Below, in pieces: positions 11,538-22,003 of a DNA stretch of 54,810 bases. The stretch is from contig NC_068992.1 in the NCBI RefSeq assembly GCF_001194135.2, positions 53,455,102 through 53,509,911 of the forward strand, written 5' to 3'. The stretch's first letter is position 1, and each line of letters begins with the position of its first letter. The notes beneath the pieces are model-generated. The model ran no database searches. It saw nothing but the letters and a program-made list of their open reading frames with translations, and was not told the origin of the DNA. Source of the stretch: Octopus bimaculoides. Taxonomy: Eukaryota. The translations under genes and the position numbers were made by a program.

Positions 11538-12191
11538 CTAGTTTCTGCTATATACACTAAAAGGTGGGAAGGTCATGAATTTAAATTTAAATTTAAATTT
11601 AAATCTGTCTGCTTGGTGTGCACTAACGTAGGGTTAAACGAAAACAGTAGCTCAATAATCATTTTATTCAAAGCTTTTATCTGAGGTTGGATGTGTAGAA
11701 AATAACAGCCAAATCTCTCTTAACCTAGTCTGTGCCGCCTTGGGAAAAGGAACAACACTTTCTACAATCTATTTTTATCTAGCAAGCCTTTTATATTGAA
11801 ATGGTTCTGGTCCGAACAATTTTGGTTTTATGTCAGTAATAAACAATTGGACTACAATAAAATATTCTGTAATTGTTGTATATGCCTAACCCTGTGTCTC
11901 TCCTGGGTCAGAGCTTAACATTGATGCAGCAGCAATATTCCATCCGTGGTCAGCCTACCCTTGAATACTTTTGCATGAATTACCTTATCCGATATATCCT
12001 TCCATTTTTGCTTTTAATCAAAACTTTAGCCTCTAAGTTGGAAATTTTCACCCTTTCAGAGTTAATAAAGTGAATTGTTAGTGAGGTAGGGGTTCCGATA
12101 TAAACCATTGTGTCACTACGCAAAATTATATGTGATTATTTTAGAAAGCATTATTGTTATACGTGAAATGAAAGGAGCAGCTTTAATTTAG

Positions 12192-12380
12192 AACCGTACC
12201 AAATCAATGGAGAGTTGTACCAAATCATTATTATTTGTCATGTGTAGAAATGAACAAACGCAGTAGAGAAATTATACCAGTTCAGTGGAGACTAATGTCA
12301 AACTATTATCGGTGTATATAAGATGATATAGCAACATTAACGGAGAGTTGTACCAAATCAGTAGAGAGCTGTAGCAAATA
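12192..12380. repeat. Degenerate minisatellite (about 77-bp period with about 21-bp subrepeat)
   Basis: A perfect 19-mer ggagagttgtaccaaatca occurs at 12209-12227 and 12342-12360, and gtaccaaatca also occurs at about 12196. Confidence 0.6.
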
Positions 12381-12574
12381 CCTTGTGTTAGTTAGTGATC
12401 TCTTTCAATGTCTCACTTTGAATTTTGATACGTCCACTAAACTGTTGACGAATATTTCTAGCAAGCATAATGAACAGGTCAAGGCACCATTGTAGCTTCT
12501 CTACCACAAATATTAATGAATTATTTCGGGTGAACGGACTCAGGAATACATATTGAGCATCATTTGGCAATTGC

Positions 12575-13850
12575 TGTTGGTGTCGGGGTTGCTTAGCTTA
12601 AGGTCAGCCATTATAGAGCTACTCTATGGCTAAATGACCATCACATTTTTCCCGCCAGGTGGGGAAACCAGAGCCACATCATATGACGTGTCCTTTTTCA
12701 AAGATAGTGTGTGATTTGTGGAACACTTGTCTGCTATTTCTAGCATTTCAAGAGGCTCTCACATTTGCTTTTGGAACGTTGGTGGTGGTGTTGTTATTTA
12801 ACCCTAGGTCGACGCCGAATGAACGGACCTGTAATTTAGATTATTTCAGCTATGGCCGTTACTTTAGGAGCATATCTAGGATTATATTAACCAATCTCTG
12901 AGACAGTGGGAATTTAGTTTGTGAAAATCAGTTTGGCTGCCATACCGAGCTACCAACGAAAAGTCCTCCAATGCCAACAATGACATTGGACGACTTTTCG
13001 TTGATTGACATCAGTCAAACATTGTTCGAATTTCGACAAGGTCACCACTATCGGTAGTCGATAAAATATTTGCCATTCATATTTGGTTCATTTAAATTTA
13101 TCCATTTTCCTGAGATATTAGAAGAATGGTAAGTTTTGCAGTGATTGAGATATTCGAATTGTTTGAGACAGTGGTGGATACAAGGCATTGCGATGTTTAT
13201 TTATTTGTCATTAACAATTGCTGACCTTGTGGCCATGGTAGAATGGATTATTATAGGCTGTGATTGTATATTAGAAACACAATGGAAACTGCACATAAAA
13301 CAAACTCGCATATCAATATTTTAGTGTCTTCTTTCTCGCATCTTCAATTTCAGATCCTCATTAAACCGCCGTCGTTTGCCATCCTAGTTGATTCGACTAG
13401 ACAATTTTTGACCAGATGTCTTTATACAACCATGCCATTATAATGATGAGGGGGAGGCGAACGAGGAAGAGTAGTGGGAGGAGGAGAAGGGGATACAATT
13501 GAGATGACGATGTTGGAGTTTATTCCTAGTTCAACTGCGACAAAGAATACGTATTAAATCGACGACCATCCTGTGTTTTCTGTCTGAATCGAAGACTATA
13601 TTATGTTGCCATTTCCTTCTTTAAGAAGGCAGATCGTATTTATTGAAGATTTGGTTGTCATTTCTAGTTGGTTATTCGACCATAGAGTAACGCTTTTGTT
13701 GATTCGTAATCTGAAGCAGATGACATTGCAATTTAACCCCCACCCAAGTTATCCCTAATGAAGCAGACTTATATGCAAATACGTTCCTAACGTGACCTTC
13801 CAGTCGACATTATTTACGATGTATCCTGCACTTTAAGATAGTTGTGAGCA
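12575..13850 (-). mobile_element. Cluster of degenerate family E fragments
   Basis: Reverse-orientation 3' ends include gcttagcttaaggtcagcc and gttatttaaccctaggtcgac. Reverse heads include tttggctgccataccgagc and atttggttgtcatttctag. Confidence 0.5.
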
Positions 13851-13999
13851 ATATGAAGTTTATTTTGGCCCCTCATCCTTTATATCATAGGACTACATAC
13901 AGGCGGTAGGTGGTGTTAATGATATTATAGGTACACTGTTTCCGGATTGCTTCGAGAAACTTTCTTCTTGCCCAGTTTCACACACGAGACACTGGTCAG

Positions 14000-14108
14000 A
14001 CAGGAGCTATTGTGATAGGCACTGACCCATATTTCCATACAGTGGGATCGAACGCAAGACATCGTGACTCCTAAATGAAGTCTTTAGTCATTCTGTCATG
14101 CTACCTCC
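14000..14108 (-). mobile_element. Degenerate tRNA-derived SINE head
   Basis: The - strand reads ggaggtagcatgacagaatgactaaag...gcgttcgatcccactg...cacaatagc, which contains a B-box-like GTTCGATCCC. Confidence 0.45.
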
Positions 14109-15114
14109 ATCATTTTCATATCAGACAGTTAAATGTTTGCGAAGTTGACCTCGGTTGTCTTTGAACAGAAAACACAATTGTAGGTTCTACAAATCCATCA
14201 CACACATACACACAATGTCCCACGCACACACACTGACGTGCACACACACAGATGCACACACCTGCGCGCACACACGCACACACGCACACACACACACACA
14301 CAGACGCAGACACAAGGACGCGCTCATACACACAAACACACACATATACACATATGTAAGGTCTAATGCATCATCGTTAAGTACTCTCTGCTTCTGAATT
14401 CAAATTCAGCCAGCATCAACATTGCTTTCCATTTTGCGTGCCGATAAATAATGACCCATTGCTNNNNNNNNNNNNNNNNNNNNNNNNNNNNNNNNNNNNN
14501 NNNNNNNNNNNNNNNNNNNNNNNNNNNNNNNNNNNNNNNNNNNNNNNNNNNNNNNNNNNNNNNNNNNNNNNNNNNNNNNNNNNNNNNNNNNNNNNNNNNN
14601 NNNNNNNNNNNNNNNNNNNNNNNNNNNNNNNNNNNNNNNNNNNNNNNNNNNNNNNNNNNNNNNNNNNNNNNNNNNNNNNNNNNNNNNNNNNNNNNNNNNN
14701 NNNNNNNNNNNNNNNNNNNNNNNNNNNNNNNNNNNNNNNNNNNNNNNNNNNNNNNNNNNNNNNNNNNNNNNNNNNNNNNNNNNNNNNNNNNNNNNNNNNN
14801 NNNNNNNNNNNNNNNNNNNNNNNNNNNNNNNNNNNNNNNNNNNNNNNNNNNNNNNNNNNNNNNNNNNNNNNNNNNNNNNNNNNNNNNNNNNNNNNNNNNN
14901 NNNNNNNNNNNNNNNNNNNNNNNNNNNNNNNNNNNNNNNNNNNNNNNNNNNNNNNNNNNNNNNNNNNNNNNNNNNNNNNNNNNNNNNNNNNNNNNNNNNN
15001 NNNNNNNNNNNAAGGGTTTAGTCGAGAAAATTAACCCGTCTGTGAAGTGGATCGACTTGCTAGAAATGGCAGCAACATTTCCATCTTAGAGGGTAAAGTT
15101 TTTACTGTAAAACT

Positions 15115-15343
15115 TTATACGTATTCTCTCGCTCTCTGTTGGCGAACCACTCTGTCACGGCAACGTAAACAAACAAGGGTTTTCAAGCGGCGCTGGTGGT
15201 GATAAAACAAACACACAGACACACATACACACATATGTACATATATACATACATATATACACAAAGCACATATACATACATACATACATACATACATACA
15301 TACATACACAAAGCTCATATACATACATGCATACATACACACA

Positions 15344-15392
<49 letters not shown>

Positions 15393-15551
15393 CAGTGTTC
15401 TGTAAGATTGTTTTCAACCAAATCCACACACAGGGCTTTGGTCGGCCCGTGTCTATATTAGAAGATACTTGCCCAAGGTGCCAGGCAATGGAACTGAAAC
15501 CAGAACTATGTGGTTGGAAAGCAAGCCTCCTGCAACACAGCTTCACCTGCG
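15115..15551 (-). mobile_element. Family B SINE, diverged
   Basis: The - strand reads gcaggtgaagctgtgttg...ggcaccttgggcaagtatcttcta...ccaaagccctgtgtgtggatttgg, followed by an internal TG/TATG tract and a degenerate 3' half. Confidence 0.8.
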
Positions 15552-15591
<40 letters not shown>

Positions 15592-15717
15592 TCGTTCTCT
15601 CTCTCTCTCTCTCTCTCTCTCNNNNNNNNNNNNNNNNNNNNNNNNNNNNNNNNNNNNNNNNNNNNNNNNNNNNNNNNNNNNNNNNNNNNNNNNNNNNNNN
15701 NNNNNNNNNNNNNNNNN

Positions 15718-15769
<52 letters not shown>

Positions 15770-15855
15770 ACTCTGAGAACTCTATATTTTCGATTATAAT
15801 TATTAATTCACTCTTTCCATTAACTGAAGTGCAAGGATCATTAAAGTAGTAAGTA

Positions 15856-15955
15856 GATGACTGAGTATTCCACAGACACGCGTATTCTTAATATCATTCT
15901 CATACGAATTCGGTGATTACACTTTCTGACAAGGCTAAGCCGGTTCAATTGTAGT
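15856..15955 (-). mobile_element. Diverged relic of the family A central domain
   Basis: ctgagtattccacagacacgcgtattcttaa...gacaaggct is colinear with family A ctgagcactccacagacacgtgtacccttaa...gacaaggct. No head or tail is recognisable. Confidence 0.6.
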
Positions 15956-16105
15956 TACTGTCCATCCGACAGATTTCCATATCGGTCCCGTGAAACAGAT
16001 TTTAGTTGGTCAAACTTTGACCAACATTGTCCGAAGCGAAATGGAAACTGTACCCGCGTGATTACAAACCGAATTTTTTAACCTTTCAACCATTCTATGC
16101 ATATA

Positions 16106-16135
<30 letters not shown>

Positions 16136-16137
<2 letters not shown>

Positions 16138-16203
16138 CTCTTTTACTATTTTACCTGTTTCAGTTATTTGACTGTGGTCATGCTGGAGCACTGCCTTTAG
16201 TCG
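16136..16203 (-). mobile_element. Family B SINE 3' end abutting an N gap
   Basis: It is the reverse complement of cgactaaaggcagtgctccagcatgaccacagtcaaataactgaaacaggtaaaatagtaaaagag. Confidence 0.8.
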
Positions 16204-16591
16204 NNNNNNNNNNNNNNNNNNNNNNNNNNNNNNNNNNNNNNNNNNNNNNNNNNNNNNNNNNNNNNNNNNNNNNNNNNNNNNNNNNNNNNNNNNNNNNNNN
16301 NNNNNNNNNNNNNNNNNNNNNNNNNNNNNNNNNNNNNNNNNNNNNNNNNNNNNNNNNNNNNNNNNNNNNNNNNNNNNNNNNNNNNNNNNNNNNNNNNNNN
16401 NNNNNNNNNNNNNNNNNNNNNNNNNNNNNNNNNNNNNNNNNNNNNNNNNNNNNNNNNNNNNNNNNNNNNNNNNNNNNNNNNNNNNNNNNNNNNNNNNNNN
16501 NNNNNNNNNNNNNNNNNNNNNNNNNNNNNNNNNNNNNNNNNNNNNNNNNNNNNNNNNNNNNNNNNNNNNNNNNNNNNNNNNNNNNNNNNNN

Positions 16592-16703
16592 AGGATGAAA
16601 TGCAAAGTCGACCTCAGCGGCTTTTGAATTCAGAACGGAGAGACGGATAGAATGCTGCTGAGCATTTTGCCCGGCGTGTTTACGATTTTGCCATCCCGTC
16701 GAC
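16592..16703 (-). mobile_element. Family D SINE 5' part (remainder in N gap)
   Basis: aggatgaaatgcaaagtcgacctcagcggcttttgaattcagaacg...gagcattttgcccggcgtg matches family D. Confidence 0.8.
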
Positions 16704-16784
16704 TAACGTTCACAAAATATATAAAAAAAAGAACATACAAAACGCCTTCTATTAAATAATTTTGTTTATCTCAGAACTTAGAAA

Positions 16785-16820
<36 letters not shown>

Positions 16821-17373
16821 AAGGGAACGGGGGAGAGAGAATGTAATACCCGTTTTTATTATCATTGTTGAGGTTTTTCATCATGCCAGGGTCGATAAAA
16901 TAACGGACCATCATACCACCATAGTCGATATTAATATATAATCGACTGTTCTTCACCCACGCCCTATGAAATATTACTCGCCTATTTACTTTGATAGAAA
17001 TTGTTATTGCTTCGGTTGATTCATAACCGGTAGCTGTTTAACCCAAAGTTGGTCAGCTCTGATTGAGCAGATGCGGAATCAAAACTGTTCTGTGTCATCC
17101 TGACTTGTATGTCTAACATATTATTTTTCTCCTATTTCTTTCTTTTCTCTAAAGAAATAAAAAAAAATCTAAAAGAAACATTTCGAAACTGTAGGGAGTT
17201 CGATATAAAGTTTATTTTGACTGTTATTTCTAGCGTACGTAGCAGCAACTTAGAACCCCTCGCTGAGTTGTAATAGCAGGAGACGCTATGTGTTTAGCAT
17301 AGTGAGTGTACGGGTGGCTCCCACTTTCACAGCTAGCACTTGGAATGATATATATACATATACGTATACATAC

Positions 17374-17408
<35 letters not shown>

Positions 17409-17714
17409 TATATACATATACACACACACACATAAACAAACACACACATACAGTGTCATCAACTGAACTCATTTAATGACTTGAAGTAAAGATATATGTC
17501 TTTAACTATCGCTACTATCACAGAATCATCCCCCCGTTGCTATCAATAACCGACAACAGCAAGGATATTACCGTTTTGGTTAACGTGATAATTTCTGGTT
17601 CCCTGTATGTATCAAGCTATCGTGATTTCGAATCTCTGCTACTTCTCTTGTCTGTGCTTCGACAATTCACCCGGCTTCTTTCCATATACGTTTTCCCTTC
17701 ATATCCTTGCTTGA

Positions 17715-18674
17715 CACACACACCACACACACACACCACACACACACACACACACACCACACACCACACACACACNNNNNNNNNNNNNNNNNNNNNNNNN
17801 NNNNNNNNNNNNNNNNNNNNNNNNNNNNNNNNNNNNNNNNNNNNNNNNNNNNNNNNNNNNNNNNNNNNNNNNNNNNNNNNNNNNNNNNNNNNNNNNNNNN
17901 NNNNNNNNNNNNNNNNNNNNNNNNNNNNNNNNNNNNNNNNNNNNNNNNNNNNNNNNNNNNNNNNNNNNNNNNNNNNNNNNNNNNNNNNNNNNNNNNNNNN
18001 NNNNNNNNNNNNNNNNNNNNNNNNNNNNNNNNNNNNNNNNNNNNNNNNNNNNNNNNNNNNNNNNNNNNNNNNNNNNNNNNNNNNNNNNNNNNNNNNNNNN
18101 NNNNNNNNNNNNNNNNNNNNNNNNNNNNNNNNNNNNNNNNNNNNNNNNNNNNNNNNNNNNNNNNNNNNNNNNNNNNNNNNNNNNNNNNNNNNNNNNNNNN
18201 NNNNNNNNNNNNNNNNNNNNNNNNNNNNNNNNNNNNNNNNNNNNNNNNNNNNNNNNNNNNNNNNNNNNNNNNNNNNNNNNNNNNNNNNNNNNNNNNNNNN
18301 NNNNNNNNNNNNNNNNAAAGAATATATATACATGTATACACACATATATGTACATACTTACATCTACATGTGTATATACATGCATATCAGGGTACAGGAC
18401 GTTAGAACAATAAACTACAGACAACGGAACGAACATATAGGAAAACGGAAAGCATATATACACAGACACACACGCACAGTCTCACACAGACACATATACA
18501 CATATAAGCGTATGTGTATATGCACATTTATACATATCGATATATATTGTGGGGATGTTTTTGTGTATGCAGTTCTGTTTCAAATTTCGGTTTGTTCTTA
18601 TTCGTGTTACGTAAACTCACACATACACATACATAGAAGCACACACACACACACACTCTCTCTCTCTTTCTCTC

Positions 18675-18715
<41 letters not shown>

Positions 18716-18857
18716 TACATAAAACAAAGCACAGACTCGTACACATGTACCAGACCCACTCAGGCACATATTCCCAGATGCATGCTTACGCATTTTACAC
18801 AATCAAACACTTACTCACACATGGAGGCATACACACTCATACTTTCAAAAACGCGCG

Positions 18858-18898
<41 letters not shown>

Positions 18899-19465
18899 AG
18901 GCACACATGTGCATCGTATACAGACATGCACGCACGAATTTCTCTGTTTTCTTTCCTTCTTCTTCTTTCTCTCACTCTCTTTTTTTACGCATGCACACAG
19001 AAATGCCGAAACGCACACTGTGATTCATACACACACAAACGCAAACACACATACACATGTATATCTCTCTTGCCCCATTTACAATTTACTCATATATATA
19101 TATATATATACACACATACACCATACGATGCTTATACGTGCATGTATGTATATACACATACACATGCGCTAATGCACAATTACATACTCTTTCGCTTTTA
19201 CTGTTTACTTATATACATAATTATGCACACACATATACACACACGATGCGTATATACATGCACATACAAAAGCATATATCCGCTTACGCATACATAAGCT
19301 TATATATAATCTCTATCTCTCTTCCCCGCCGGTCTTAAGCCATCTTTACACTACCAGACCAAATAAACATACCTTCGTACACGAAGACACACACGCACAC
19401 ATAGATGCACACACGCATGCACATGCACATACGCATGCGCATGCACCATACACGCACGCACACAG
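17715..19465. repeat. CA/TA/CT microsatellite-rich region with gap 17776-18316
   Basis: Directly visible. Confidence 0.9.
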
Positions 19466-19789
19466 GGCAACACGGCAGAGCTATTTCGCATGTTGGTTCC
19501 ATGCTTAATTCTATATCAACCACGACCGTATTTCGTTAGTAGCAATCAACAGATCGCTTCTAGAAGATTCTCTCTCTCTGTAATCAAAAACCGTGTAACA
19601 GATGGCGCTACCGAAATGGCGGCGGCGGCGGCTGCGGTGATGTTGTCGGCGGTGAAGACGGTGGTAATTATAATGCGAGCATATTGGCGATGGTAGATTT
19701 ACGATGGTGTGTTGAGGAGTGTGTTGGTAACAGCGATCTTGTATGTATGTCGGTGGTGGTGGTGTTGTTGCTGTTGTGATGGTGACGTT

Positions 19790-19880
19790 GATGTTCTTAT
19801 AGTTTAGCCCCAGGTAAGTTCAGAATGAGCCGCCCTATTATCAAAGGCCTTCTATTCCAGCTGTGTTTTTTCATACACAC
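19790..19880 (-). mobile_element. Family E 3' end with its degenerate (CAA)n tail extending leftward
   Basis: gtttagccccaggtaagttcagaatgagccgccctattatcaaaggcc is the reverse complement of the E end seen at about 9160-9210. A GTT/GGT-rich tract lies immediately to the left. Similar ends occur at about 17035-17090 and 22205-22260. Confidence 0.6.
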
Positions 19881-19920
19881 AGGGAGGGTACCTAAGACAT
19901 CTTATCCGATTTGTCTCTTA

Positions 19921-19968
<48 letters not shown>

Positions 19969-20225
19969 NNNNNNNNNNNNNNNNNNNNNNNNNNNNNNNN
20001 NNNNNNNNNNNNNNNNNNNNNNNNNNNNNNNNNNNNNNNNNNNNNNNNNNNNNNNNNNNNNNNNNNNNNNNNNNNNNNNNNNNNNNNNNNNNNNNNNNNN
20101 NNNNNNNNNNNNNNNNNNNNNNNNNNNNNNNNNNNNNNNNNNNNNNNNNNNNNNNNNNNNNNNNNNNNNNNNNNNNNNNNNNNNNNNNNNNNNNNNNNNN
20201 NNNNNNNNNNNNNNNNNNNNNNNNN

Positions 20226-20268
<43 letters not shown>

Positions 20269-20856
20269 TAGTCTTTTTTGTGTGTTGAAGACAATGGACT
20301 ATGACTTAAGGGTGACTTGACGGCTATTTTTAGCAGAGTAATCATTCACAAAGTCTCCCTCATTGTTGATAGTAATATGGAAGATTGGTAGCAGTGTAGA
20401 AACGATAGTAAGGCACTGGTAGTTAAACAGTAGCAGTAGTGTGATGACAGGGGAGTGATTAAAGTAGATGTGACTTCTATTTCTAGCATATTCTGTCACT
20501 GCGAGGTGACGCGACGTCTTCGATGCCTGCGAAAATTATTGGCAGTGATGGTGGCTGTAGAATAAAAATTATTATGGTATTGGTGATAGTATTTATAACA
20601 GCAGTGTGGTTGTAGCTGTTGTTGTGATGGTGGTGTTGCCACTGTAAATGGAAGGGTAGTACAATGTGATGGTATAAGCGGTTATGATCGTTTTGATGGT
20701 GTTGTGATGATCGGATTGGTGCTGCAATAATGTCGGTGTTGGTTGGTGTGTGTTTTTGATGGTGGCTCTGTTGGAGATGGTGGAATTATTGTCGTCATGT
20801 TGATTGTGTGATTGTAGTTGTTGTGATGATAGTGTTGTTGATAATATAAGGCATAT

Positions 20857-21010
20857 TCATGGCAGAGTAGTTTGGAAGTTGTATTCGCAATAATCAGGTC
20901 CAGGTTTCAATCCCAATGTGCAAGTGGAGTTTAACTTACTCTCAACTCGCTCCAAACCTTGTAAAAAAAAAAAAAAAAAAAACGTAGGCAGAGACTGTAC
21001 GGAAGCTTGT
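20857..21010 (+). mobile_element. Degenerate SINE head, family B-like
   Basis: It contains an A-box-like tggcagagtagt, a B-box-like ggtttcaatccc, and actgtacggaagcttgtcg, which resembles family B actgaaagaagcccgtcg. Confidence 0.45.
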
Positions 21011-21216
21011 CGGGTTAACAATACGTGTAACACAAAGTGGAACTTTGTCTCACAATGCGCAGTGGTGAAGTAAGTTTTCTCAGCGCCTAGGAGCAAAAGC
21101 ACTTTGGCCGACAATCTTCATCCCTGCTCTCAGGGGCTAGTATTCCTTCGGACCGTTCACTTGTTGCGTTCCCTACCATTATGTATCACTGATGCTGTTT
21201 GAAGATTACATAAAAT

Positions 21217-21648
21217 GCACAAGAGTGGCTGTGTGGTAAGTAGCTTGCCTTCCAATCACATGGTTCCGGGTTCACTCCCACTGCGTGTCACCTTGGGCAA
21301 ATGTCTTCTACTATAGCCTCGGACCGACCAAAGCCTTGTGAGTGGATTTGGTAGACGGAAACTGAAAGAAGCCCGTCGTATATATATATATATATATATN
21401 NNNNNNNNNNNNNNNNNNNNNNNNNNNNNNNNNNNNNNNNNNNNNNNNNNNNNNNNNNNNNNNNNNTCGCTTGACATGCGATGCTGCTGTGTTTACGCCC
21501 CCCTAACCTAGCGGTTCGGCAAAAGGGGCGATAGAATAAGTACTAGGCTTACAAAGAATAAGTCCCAGGGTCGATTTTCTCGGCTAAAGGCGGTGCTCCA
21601 GCATGGCCACAGTCAAATGACTGAAACAAGTAAAAGAGTAAAGAGTAA
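21217..21648 (+). mobile_element. Family B SINE (CORE-like segment), full length across a small gap
   Basis: It has a tRNA-like head with B-box ggttcactccc, a CORE-like caccttgggcaaatgtcttc, an internal (TA)n running into gap 21400-21466, a 3' half and a taaaagagtaaagag tail. Confidence 0.9.
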
Positions 21649-21861
21649 GTATCTATATGGACTCGCATGTATGGTCGGCGGGTTAAAATTTGCATTGTAT
21701 GTCGTGTGGCTTAAGGTTCAATGATATTGCGAGACATTTTGGACAAGTGAATTAAGAAAAGTCACAAGACGAACACTAAGCTTTGTTAATGAAATTGCGT
21801 AACAGGAGATGGTGTGAAATCTCGTTGAATGGCAAGATGGTACCCATAATTCAACTGTCCG

Positions 21862-22003
21862 AACTTGTCACATATTGTCTCCCGCTAATTCGGCTTAGAG
21901 CTTGGGAATTTCGTTGGAGTACACCTGTCTGTGGAACACACAACTACTTTAACATTGATTTAACTGATACGTAGTACAGTTGATCGAATAATGCTCATCA
22001 TCG
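21862..22003 (+). mobile_element. Diverged relic of the family A central domain
   Basis: cttgtcaca...gtacacctgtctgtggaa...gttgatcg is colinear with family A cttgtcaca...gtacacgtgtctgtggag...gttgatcg. Confidence 0.55.

Noticed and set aside
13320-13445. Acceptor-like site ...ttcaatttcag with a 29-codon open frame
   Set aside because: There is no donor, no recognisable peptide, and it sits among repeat fragments. Such sites are expected by chance in AT-rich DNA.
19807-19820. Perfect splice donor cag|gtaagt
   Set aside because: It lies within the reverse-oriented 3' end of a family E repeat (gtttagccccagg...), so the repeat explains it.
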